From the NCBI GenBank assembly GCA_046563655.1, contig CM102289.1, positions 5,704,001 through 5,768,000 of the forward strand: a DNA stretch of 64,000 nt, read 5' to 3'. A program made the translations under genes and the position numbers. Of this stretch, positions 26,401 through 37,696 are shown in pieces (positions within the stretch are counted from its first letter, which is position 1; every line of letters starts with the position of its first letter). Below the pieces are notes generated by a model that saw nothing but the letters and a program-made list of their open reading frames with translations, did no database searches and was not told the origin of the DNA. This stretch comes from Yuukianura sp. NJ FZ-2021 (Eukaryota).

Positions 26401-28338
26401 TATTACACCACTCAACAGAGTTGGGCGTCTGGAAAAAACAAACACTTGAAACCATTACCTGTGAAGATTAGAGTTAATTTTTTATCAAGCCCTTGTCGTT
26501 TGTCAGCCCTGGAAAGAAGAGAAATAGAAAAACAGAAACAGAATTGAGGGCGGGGCTCGCCTTTTTATTCGAATACTTTTTAAATTAAATTGTCAAGTTC
26601 GCGGGCTAAGATTTTGTAAAGTATGGGAGGTGGAAGGGAAGTTTAAATTATTTTGGTTTCCCGCGTTGAAATTCTTCTTAAGTCCCTTACCCTTTGAGCA
26701 CCTCTACAACACAAGTTGTTATTCAAATTGTTTTGGTTTTAGTACTTTTGTAAAGTACCATAAACTAGACCGGGAGAAAACAAAAGCTAGAGAGAAAGCC
26801 GGGGAGATTTGCTTTAAATTTGTTAGAAGTAAATGCTTTGGGCGGCAAAGTTATGATGAATGCGCAAAATTCTACTTTAGGGGAGCCTATGCCGTTGTAT
26901 ACGACTTTTTTCTCTGCTAAAGTTACTCGCGTCGCGCATAGTGCGCCCCCCATTAAGTCCTTCCTGAATCCATTCATCAAAATTTGTGTCACTTCTAAGT
27001 GTCTCAAAGCCCAAGGTTTGGAAAGAACAATTATTGAATGTTGGCGCTCTGAACACAAAATGGCGCCCAGAGCCACTTTGAAACAGAAGTGCCACAACTT
27101 AACTTGTGAACACCCTCTGAGAAACATAATAATTCAATTGGAATGATCCTTATGTTCAAAGGAAATTAGGCGGCAAAGCCCCTTCTGAAAGTGGCGCACA
27201 ACTAGACTTCCATTTTTCAAAAGTTTTTCGCTACAATAAAATTATAGCCGAATTTCGAAAAATTATTAAAATCTCTTTGGTACACACAAGATTTCTAAAG
27301 AAAGGAGACTTCGATTTTGTTTTCGTAACCCGGCGCGCAAAAATTCAAATTGCAATGTTTAAATTAGAAATTGAGTTAAAGTGTAAAAGAAAGTTCCAGT
27401 CAATTAGGTTTTGGAATGGAAGGGTGGTTGAAGAATCAGTGCGCGGAAAAAAATTTGAATTTGCATTGGATTTTGGCAGAGTGTGTAGAAGCTGCATTTC
27501 GATCTTATTTGAGAAGAAAAGGAACGTAAAATATGCATGAGAAGGTTCTATTTCCATTAGGAACTTTTGAACAATTTCCTTCAAACTGACTTTCCCGAGC
27601 TTTCTCTATCAACACTACTCTGACTGAAGACAAAGAGAAATTTGAACGTTGTTTCTCAATTTCAAGCCCTGGGAGAAACTGGATGAGAGGAAACGGAAGA
27701 TGCAAGATTGAATTCTGTTGGGCAAACATTTGGCCCTTCTTCAATCTTCCTTAGTTTCCATTTTCAAATCTTCCCTCACTCTCACTTTCAATTTTTGGAT
27801 GTTGACAGTGCTACAGATTAAGCTTAACCCTGTCATATCCTTAACGGATGACGGCAAAGTAAGAGAGAGACAAAAAATATTTTTATGCCATCAACACTTT
27901 TTTGAAAATAGAAAATTGCACAAGCGTAAACAACGCTTGGGTGCATTCACCAATTATTTTTATGCTACAGAATACTATATAGTAGCTAGCATGAGTGAAA
28001 GTCCATGAAATTCGAAAATAATGTTAGAACAGATGAAGAGATAACATTTCTTTAGTTTCTAACGCTTTGTTTCAAAATAACTAAAAGCAAGATACTATCT
28101 TTATTTTTCGATAACAAAAGTCAATTGTACGAAATCATCGTCAACCTAAGCTGCGCGGAAAACTCTACTTCCCCACGCCTATTTTTACGTCTAAATTTGA
28201 GAAGTTTAAGAATGACACAATATCTCATTTTTTATCAATCAATTTTTCAACTTTTTTTTTTTTTTGCAAAACTGTGGCCTAGTTAAAGGACCAATTGGTG
28301 CGTAATAGAGAAAGTGAAAAATGGAAAGTTGTGTTTAC

Positions 28339-28405
28339 CTTGACAGTTGTCTGTGAGTAGGAGCGTGAGTAGAATTGCAATCATTTTGACCTTCTTTGTT
28401 TCCAT
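28339..28405 (-). CDS. Candidate signal-peptide exon (partial CDS) of a large minus-strand gene
   Basis: METKKVKMIAILLTLLLTDNCQ(G/x): basic n-region, hydrophobic core and C-x-G-like cleavage site, ending at a phase-1 donor CAAG|gtaaac (28338). Upstream acceptor cattgtttccag| at 28510; further in-frame ATG at 28480. No partner exon identified. Confidence 0.45.
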
Positions 28406-31400
28406 TATTTGTGCTGTCCAACTGTGGTTTCTGTGGTGGTGAACCACTACTGCTAAGCCCATCATTATCCAAAAGAACATTTGCTCTTTACAGTTCGTAA
28501 ACCAGGAAGCTGGAAACAATGGAGGAGGCAGCAGAGCAACTCTTTGCCCGGGAAAAGTCAAAAGATTTTGGAAAACGATGATGAAAAGAGGATCTTATTA
28601 ACTTTTGAATTCTCCGCTACGAAGTCCCGGGGAAAGTCAGAACTTTCTACGATTGAATGTAATCCGCTTTTGGGCCTTTATTACTTTCTCCAAATAATCC
28701 CCTAATTCCACTGCTCCAGTCCACTTTCACTTCGATTTCCAGTTCCTCCGTTTACTTGGACTTATTCAATGACTTAATTAGGGTCTGGAAGTCAACTTTT
28801 GACTAGCGGAGGGAGTAACTATTGAATTTGGTGTTTAGCACTCTAATAAGTGTCCAGACACCAACGTTTGGTTGGTCGATTTTTAGAGACTTCAGTGGGT
28901 TTTGATTCCAAAAGGAAAAGTTTAGTTTCCGCTTTCACTTTCAGCTTTCACTGACTCGACGTTTGATTTTCTTCTTTCATTGCTAGAAACTAGTTGGAGG
29001 TTAGTTGGACTTTTCCACCCACTCTTGCTTCTCTTTCTTTTTGTTCCGAAAATTTTCTGCAACACTGAAAATGAACTTCTCTGCTGTTCGGAGTTCTCGA
29101 AAAGTCGACTCAGAAGAAAAAGAGCGCCAAATTCCAATAATTCCCACTCCTTTATGGTTTTCCGTTCACATTACTGTCATTCCAAAAGTGTCGCAGTCAC
29201 TCTTAACCTACATTGAGGTTTGTACTTTTCGAAAGTAGCGACAGTGGACAGGCTTTTCCCAGAGAGAAAAGTGCTTTCTCTTTTATGGTTTCTGCAGCAG
29301 CTCACTTTTTCTGCCTCTCGAAGCGTCAAAAATGCCAAAGGCGAGAACAGGTTTTTAGTTTCTGAAAGCAATTATTCGCTGTAATCTGCTTGTTTGATTT
29401 TCAAAAGTTTTGTAGCCATAAAGTTCGGCTTGTTCAACAAAATCCAATTTTGTGGATTTTAGTTACCACTTTCACTCGTTTCAGAAAAATGGCCCGGAGA
29501 TAATTCCACAGCTCAAGTGACACTTTGTTGTGGCGGGAAAATTCAAAAACTGAAATCCAGTGTTTGGTTACGCCAAGTCTTTGTTGCAAATTTGATAGTT
29601 AGTTCAGCGAAATTTTCTGTAGGCTGTCTTCTTTTTGCAAGTTTTTTTTACTATGGTGTCATTCAAAGTTATTTGGGATGTTAAGAACCTTATTTCGGAT
29701 TCTGGACAGAGCTGGGTGTCACTGATCGTTGGACACCGTTCGCAGTAATGTGACGATTTCCAAGGGACTCAATTAGGCTTGAGATGTTGAGAGAACATAA
29801 AAATGTAACTGACAGAGTTGGGCACTTGGACTTGCCCTATTAGGTTAGCCTAGCCCTTTGAAGTAGATTTGGACACTGTTCTTTGAAGAAACTCTGGAAC
29901 AATGTATAGAGTTCTTGGTGCTTAATTGGCGTAGTTACACTGGTGGCAAAAATGACCATACGAGTAATAAAATCGAATGGACCAAAGGAATCGAGTGAAG
30001 AAGGTTAGGTTATAGGCTTTTCTGCGACACTGTTTCTCTTTTCCGCGGGGTCATTTCCCTCTTTATGGACGATAACATTTCTCCTGTGCCAATTCAAACA
30101 CGTCCTCCTCTTCCCGCTCTTTTTCTTTTGTTATTCTTGCGTCTCTGAAACTTCAGTGAAGCTCGACGACTGCAGATCGACTCAAGTAGTATTTTTAGTC
30201 ATCCACTTCAAATCCTCGCACTTGAGACACTTCCTTCGTTTTCCTTTTGTTTCTGATCCTGAAAGAATGGAACAGGATAAATAAAACAACACATTTTAAA
30301 TTAAGTCCAAAGCACTTTAAGCACTGTTGCAAAAAAATTGTTGTAATGGAACGCGTTGCATGGTGAATCAGTTTACAACTGAAAAAACAATACTCAAAAA
30401 CTGAAGTTAAGTCTGGATCAAAAGTAAAATTCAAACTGTGGAGCCAAAAAGTTTTACGGATCAACGGTTGCAAGAAACAAATGGCCCGTTTTAAAAGTGG
30501 CGTAAAAGTGACAGAAAGTGAACCTAGGAAGTTTTTAGTGTTGAACAACAAATCCAAAAATCCGTGTTTTTTTTATTCGAAAGTTTCGCTTGGGTCAAAT
30601 TTAAAATTGAAAAGACATCAGCTTTTCTTCGAGAAAAGTTTGGCGTTTTACAAGAATTGATCTATGTAATTCCTGATGCGAATTTGATTCTCATTGTAAC
30701 TTTGTAATTAATCAGATGTTGATTAACTCCAAAGAAAGTAGCAGTGTTTGGTTGTACAAAAAGCTTTTCTGGAATTAATTTTCACTTTTCTGGGGTTAAC
30801 TTTCACTTTTCTTATAAAGGAAATTCATCTCAGCGTACCGTTTTCCTTTGGCGCGTGTCTGATTCAAATTAAATCCAAGTAAAGCAAGTAATGAAATTGA
30901 AACTTATTATCTTAATTAAAAGTTGAGCTGCCATTTTTTTAAATATTAACGTTAGACCAGGCTGCCTAATTTTAAAAGAGAAGTGGTTTACAAAGTTAGG
31001 AGTTGGAGAAAAGTGATGCGAGACAGGTGATCAGTCAACCTGACTTAGATCGATTAAATGGTAGAAGTAGGAAAGAAGAGTAGTAATTGAATTTGAGTAG
31101 ATTTTTGGGGAAATTTGGTTACTTTTCTTCGTTTCTTAGTTTTAGCAAATGAGAATTCAATTTAATTTCCTAAGAGAGTTTAAGTCCGCTTTCATTTAGT
31201 TCAAGTAAGGGGAGGGGAGTGTATGCTACTCATTTGGCGGGAACTTTCTTCTGTGGTTCAAAAAAAGTTGGACAGATCATATTTATCTTTTCAGAGAAAG
31301 TTTGCGTTAGACAGACTTGAAGAACTGCTTGGAAAGTGAAATGGAGGAAGGAGGAAAGTAATGAATGAAATTCTAATCCACGGAAAAGTCGGATATGTTT

Positions 31401-34400
31401 CTCGAAACATTTATACCTCCTGTTCCTCTTTTGGCATTTGAAACTTTGTTACAAACCAACTGGTGGTTCACGTAGTGTACTAAGAATAAGCGGTGGACTA
31501 ATTTGTCAATAAGGCGTAAAATTTAATTTTAAATTTACCTCTTTTTCTGAATTTTCTAAAAAAAAAAAAAACCTTTTTGACCGCACTTTCTGAATAGGTT
31601 TGCGATTTTTAGCTGTTACTCCTCGTGAATAAAAGGAACAACTCAAAGGAAAAAGTTTCTGTACAAATGCGTACAAGTAAAACAGAATAGTGCGTAAGGA
31701 AAATAAAATAAAATACTTGAGGTTTTTCTTCGTATGAGAGCTGTACGAGAAGAAAATAGAGGGAAATTTAAAACGGAAGTTTGAACTTTTGAACTCTGCT
31801 ATCTGTCCATGTAGATCTTCATGCAAAGCATCCGTTACATCATCTCCACAGGGATTTGGTCCTCTTTTCACGCCTGGTAAGAGCAGTCTTCCCAATATTT
31901 TATAAGCTAAGAGTGCTGCGTATACAACCGCAACGCGTAACGTTTTTTCACCACTTTATTCTGAAAACAGAGTCACTCCATCCATTCAGATTCATTTCTG
32001 TGCTTTCACTAAAGTGAAACCAGAAAGCTTGAATCCTCTCTTTGTGCGTTTTTTTCTAACTTTTTCAAAACAAAAACAAGAAGGGAAGTAGCTTTGAATC
32101 CTTATCATTTGGAGCTACAGACACCAAAATCTTTTTTTTAAAGAGGAGAAAGCAAATGAAGATTAGGCCAATTTTCTTCACGTTTTTGTGTTTTCTAAAA
32201 AAAACGAAAGGGAAAAAAAGTTTGCAGTTGCTTTTACGTAATGACACGTTTGTACTCCTTGTTGAGCACAGAAAAAATGCGATCACTTTTCCAAAAGTTT
32301 ACTTTGAACAATGGTTTCATCCATGACAAACCTTTTTTACCCAATTTTTTTTACTCGATTTTTAAGTAGTTCAACTTTTAGTTTAAAAAAAATGTAACGT
32401 AACAAAAGAAAAACTTGAAAATTGGACCTTTGACAAAAGCGGCGGGAGATTTTTTAGTTTGAAAGTAGCAGGACTTTCTTTAGGAAGTTTTGAAAATGGT
32501 ACAACTTCAAAACGAAAAAGTGGAACATCAGCTACTTATGATTTCTTTTTAATCTGAGCACGTACTGATGAGTAAGAAATCTTTCTCCTTCAGTTTTTAT
32601 AGGGAAAGTATTTTTGAAAAAAAGAGTGAAAATTTTTTCAAGTGCCGTGAAGACTTAAAAAGAAGGAGTGGATTTAGGGTTTCCCGCACTTTTTTGAAAG
32701 CGTCATCATTATCATTAGCACTTTTTCGAAGCTTAGAACCTCAGGAAATGAAACTTTCCTCATATAATCTACTTAGCCCAAGTACTCATCTCGGTTATCG
32801 TTAGCTTAACTAAGTTATGCGTTTACCAAACTTAACTTGCTTGCAAAAAAAATCTAGCCTAGTGAATTATTTAAATCAGGCGCGACTTGCACTTTACGTT
32901 CTTAAATTTTTAAAATCTTAGGATATTCCTTTTGAAACTTCTGTGAGACTTCTGATTGAAAATTTGTTTTTCACAATTTCCATTTGTCTAACTGGAAATA
33001 GTTATGAAACGGAACAACTAATTACTTCTTATTTTCTTGATTTTAGCTTAGAAAGTTCCTGTTTGAAACAAATTTGAACTGTTTGGAAAATTTCAAATTT
33101 CCCGCTGTTGAGAAACCACAAAAATTTGCTCTGCTTCGTATTCTTGTCCAGTTTCCACTAGATTCTATTAAGCACTTTGTCTGGGCTCAACCACCGAAGA
33201 ACAAATATTTGCTACTCCTCCTCACGTCCTTAATACTACGACCTTGTCTGATGGTTTCAAAAACAACGGCGGGAAACTCAAATTCCAAAATTTCAAATAA
33301 CAACTGCCACATAATAGACCAGAGAATTGAACAAGCTAAACAACGTCTGTTATTGCTTTTCTTTGTAAAACAATATTTTCAGAATAATGAAAGTCTTAAA
33401 ACCAAATGTAACAAAAAGTTGTATTACATGCATGCTAGTAAAGCAATGCATTGCAAAATTTGGAAAATAACAAAGTAATTAAAGTGATGTGGAAAGAAAC
33501 TGTTTTACGAAAATTGCAATTTCAATTTTACGAAATTGGTTTCAGAAAAAAAAGAAAGCGAGTAATTTCAGAAAAGGAAAACTAGTAGCGGTGTCAACTT
33601 TAATTATTTTGGTACTTGTATTTGAACGATCAAAGTCAACCCTCCTCCTCCATTCCATGATTTCGCGAAACTCGAAAATACATGAAAAAAATTGAATAGG
33701 ACAGCGCACAAAAGTTGTAAAAGACCGAGACCCTAATTTAAAACTTTTAATTTCGCGGTTTTTAGTTGTTTTTTTCTTTTTCAACCGTTAATTAAATACG
33801 CTGCAAAGTTTTCCAGATTGTTGCTTATGTTGATTATCTGGGTGTAAAATTATAGTAGTAAGTTCTTTTTCTTAACTATACATTTGATTTAAATCCCGGC
33901 GAAACTTAGAGTTTTGCCATTTTTCTTTCTCAAATTGAAAATTCAATTCAAAAGTAAAATCATTCGACCTTGAGATTTTGAAGGAAAAAAAAAACAACGA
34001 AAACGCTCGAATTCCTACTACCTCCGTACATTTTCAGTTCTCAAGCAATTTCATAAGATAAATTCCAAGCAATTTCAGTTTTCATTTCTTCTCATAAACA
34101 TTTCTGTTTATTATTATTTTCTCCAATTTGTGTCCCACGGAAATACGCACTCGAAATTTTATTTGAAGTTTTTCATGTTTCCAAATTCCATGTTTCGCCT
34201 TACATGCTTTCACTTGAAAAAAACTTGTAGTATACTATTTTCAACAAGGATAACCCCATGTATACATCCTGACTGCCTCTTTCGTGTTATTCTTCCCGCG
34301 GTTCAAAAACGCAACAACTGCTGTGCACCCCGTGCAAATTTAAATCCTGCGTTGAATTTAAAGTTTTGACGTTCAAAGAAATTAATAAGCATCGTTATTT

Positions 34401-35475
34401 CAGAATAGCTTGCCAAAAACAGGAATTTTGAAACTTTAGCTTTTGAAATTTTTAGTACCTTAAAATGGAAAGCAAGTTTTAAATGGGCAATATGGAAAAC
34501 TTTAACCTGGGGAAACAATTAGAAGCGTCAAGTGACATATTTAGTATGCTCACCCAAGATTTTATAAACGTTATTAATTTCTATCATAATTTAAAATTTG
34601 TGTTGTTTCCAGGCCCTGCTCCTTCCTAGAAATTTCGAAGTTTAAGCAAACAATGTTGTTGTGAATTTATGCGTTTAGGAAAACTTACAAGTATTTAGCA
34701 AACAGCGAAGACTCGGCAATAGATTTAGGAGTGGAGGAGTAGAGAGGACTAGCACTTTGTATAATTTCAAATTTTAATAATTTAATGGATTCAAAGTCAG
34801 GATTTTCTACTTCTTTATTCAATTTCTTGGTTTCAATTTTCAATTCAATTATAAAACGCAAAAGAGGTCCAATTCAAAATTGACCGCCTCCTCTCTTTTT
34901 GTTTCGTACAATTTCGAAATAGATAAACATTTTATAAAAGAAAGAAAAGAAGGAAGGTTTGAAATTTCCTTGATTTTTGCAGTCTAAAATTACTTGACTG
35001 AAATGATTATTTGAATTTCTAGATTTGGTTTAACCTTAGTAGTGCTTAAATTTTTAGGTATTACACGAATGTTGCGTAAAAGCGTTCTTGGAAATTAAAT
35101 TTGAAAATGTTCTAAAAATAATGTTGGAAATGGTTTTAAATTATTCTAAAAGTATTAAACGCCATTGAGTTTTGAGTGGAACGAGTTCAAAAGCCATTTT
35201 TTTGAGTATTCGTTTACGAATCTAAAAATGCGCCAACTTTCTCTTTGTCCTTACTTGCCATTAAATTTTCAAAAACTAGAAAGGAAAGCCTTTTTGCTTT
35301 TTTGTTTCAAAACTCAAAAAAGGAATCCATTTCAAAGTTTGAAGTGTTCCGCCAAGATGGACACTAATACTAACTTAAGCCCTGGCGTATCACTTTCCCG
35401 TAGAAAGTGTTTGTTTACTCTGCAATGTGTCCAGAGGATTTCGAAACTACGCACCATAGAATAGGCACCACTTAC

Positions 35476-35900
35476 CAGAAAACGATGAAACTTCAAAGCC
35501 TGTTCGAGTTCAGCTATAGGATAGCAAGTTTTGAACTGCGGAGCTTTTTTTTCAAGTTTTTTTTGAAGATTACAGTTGCTGAAGTTTTCACAAAAACAAA
35601 ACGCACTCGCAGTACTTTGTACAATACAATAAATTTAGAGTTGTTTATCCGGTCCAGTTTTTTGTAGTGTTAGGAAATTGTCAAGTTTCAAAAACTATAC
35701 AGAACTGCTTTAGAATTGTTGTAATAATGCTGAAATTTTGAAATTTTTCAAAATACGCGTGACAATAGGTGCCGAAGCTGAGAGACTAGAAAGTAGTATG
35801 TGTTCTGTTTGAACAGAATTGAACAAGACTAGTGGGCAAGAGTGAAGAGGGAAAGTTTGGAGCGAAGTGACGCTGCCAAATCCAAAGTCGAGTGGAGACT
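35476..35900 (-). other. Candidate non-coding first exon of the large minus-strand gene (5' boundary approximate)
   Basis: Ends in a perfect donor TTCTG|GTAAGT; UTR-like composition; NRF1/EWG site just upstream. The TSS cannot be pinned down from sequence. Confidence 0.4.
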
Positions 35901-35940
35901 TTCTCCTAATAGTCGAGATATGCAGGAACCAACTGGACAA

Positions 35941-35952
35941 TGCGCATGCGCA
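35941..35952. promoter_or_regulatory. Perfect NRF1/Erect-wing palindrome TGCGCATGCGCA, candidate promoter element
   Basis: Exact 12-bp match to the established NRF1/EWG consensus, about 470 bp upstream (minus orientation) of a consensus donor CTG|gtaagt at 35475. Confidence 0.6.
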
Positions 35953-36975
35953 GTTTTTTCATAAATAATTTTTAACAAAATTATGATTCGAGTGAAATTT
36001 TGCCAATTTTTTAAATAAATTTGAAATTTGATGCGGAATTGATGAAATAAAAGAAGATTTTGAAGACATCGTATACGGTATTTCCTTTTTGTGACAAATT
36101 GGTAATGATTAGACAGTTTTTGTACAACGGTGTTGTCTTCGTAGAAAAATATTTGACAGTTTTTTAAGACAAACTTTGCAAAAAAAAGGGGACGTTTTTC
36201 TATTTTTTTTTTTGTAATAAAACAAACATAAAGCGAGTATGGTAGTGAATATTTCAATCTACATTTAATGAAATTGAAACTTTTGAAGTTGACGAAGCTG
36301 TTCATTTCCAGCATAAAGAAAGTTTGAATGGAGACCAACTTTTTGCTTTAATTTGGACTGATGTTACTCATTACTTGTTTCTTTCAATCTAAAAAACAAA
36401 AAAAAATCAATTTAAAAAGTTTTCAGCAATTTTGTAAAACAAAGAAACAATCACTGCACTGATTCATTTCAAAAGTTTTAAAGAATATCCAGGTTCTGGC
36501 AGCGGCCTTGGCCTGTTTTGATTTGCTCTTTCAAACGATTACTCCGAAATTGTTTCCGAGAACAGCATCATCAACTGCTTTCAAAATTTTGACAGGATCC
36601 CATTTTTAAAAGGCTAGGAGCTATCATGAGGCTTTGGTGAACATTTTTTTTTTGAAATATTGAATCGAGGTGGTGTGAGTTTGTTGCTGCTTGTGAACTA
36701 CGGAAGATGAATGGAGTTGACTTAAGATGCCATTCTTCAAAATCGAAATAATTTCAAAGTCAAGATCGGTTTGAATTTTTATTTTCTCCCGCCCTCCATG
36801 CAGTTTCGCTTTCATTTGGCTAAGGAAAAAACACACCTCAAATACCAAGCAATTCCCTCCAGGGTTCCCGAAACGGGCACAAGGGAAATCACTTTTCCAA
36901 AAAATATTCAAGTTTTCTTTGCTTTTCATTTTTTTTTTCAAAATTCTGTTTACAATTTTAGCATTTGAACATATT

Positions 36976-37696
36976 TTATCTTTTTAGAAGTTGCCACATG
37001 CGTAGAAGAACAAGAAGTAGTGAAATGAATTTGAAAATGACAAGAGAAAGTACTCTGAAATCAGACAGCAAAGGAGGGTCACAGAGGTCATTTGAGTAGA
37101 AAATGGCGCCAATTATCAAAACTTGGAGTAGAAACCACTGTGTCAAGGCTGCTTTGTCATTCTGAAAATGCAAAACACGAAAAATTAGTTGTTCTGCAAA
37201 CGATGTGTACGTGCGACACGTGACGGTTATGAAAAGTTAATGATTCTAATCTTACATATCGCGCTCCAGACATTACTAATGAGGCCATCATCAAAAGAAT
37301 CAGCAGTGGAAAAACTTAAAAAGATTCAAAATTTCAAACATTAAAAACTAGAAAACGGTTTCTTCATTTCCCAGGATTTTGTAAGAAAAAAAAATAACCT
37401 TACTGGAAAGTATGCCAAGACCAACGAGAACTGTGAAGGACACTGGTAATCCATACATTGCAAGCAATGCAAATCCAATTAAATCAATCGGTACATAGTA
37501 CGTGATGGTAGTTAGGTAGTAATACATCAACGGAAATATCAGTGCCTAGAAAAACAAAAATTGAAAAAAATAAGAGTTTTAAAAGCTTTTTTCTTTTCCA
37601 CAATTTCATATACAGATAATTTGCAATTTATGATCATGACCATACAGCTTCACTGAACGCCACGCCCACTACAATATTTCTCACAACTTTCACCAT
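36976..37696 (-). CDS. Small four-TM membrane protein (145 aa), DUF4728/LAPTM-like architecture; 4 exons
   Basis: Hand-spliced exons (minus) 37696-37646, 37545-37404, 37314-37256, 37161-36976. GT..AG introns of 100, 89 and 94 bp with consistent phases 0,1,0. Product: MVKVVRNIVVGVAFSEAALIFPLMYYYLTTITYYVPIDLIGFALLAMYGLPVSFTVLVGLGILSIFPLLILLMMASLVMSGARYNDKAALTQWFLLQVLIIGAIFYSNDLCDPPLLSDFRVLSLVIFKFISLLLVLLRMWQLLKR*. The gene model is well supported; the family call rests only on the GA.....L..W pattern and is tentative. Confidence 0.8.

Noticed and set aside
2000..36900. Dozens of 60-170 aa ORFs in the ORF track
   Set aside because: F/K/L/S-rich translations typical of AT-rich non-coding DNA, mostly with non-ATG starts and no domains.
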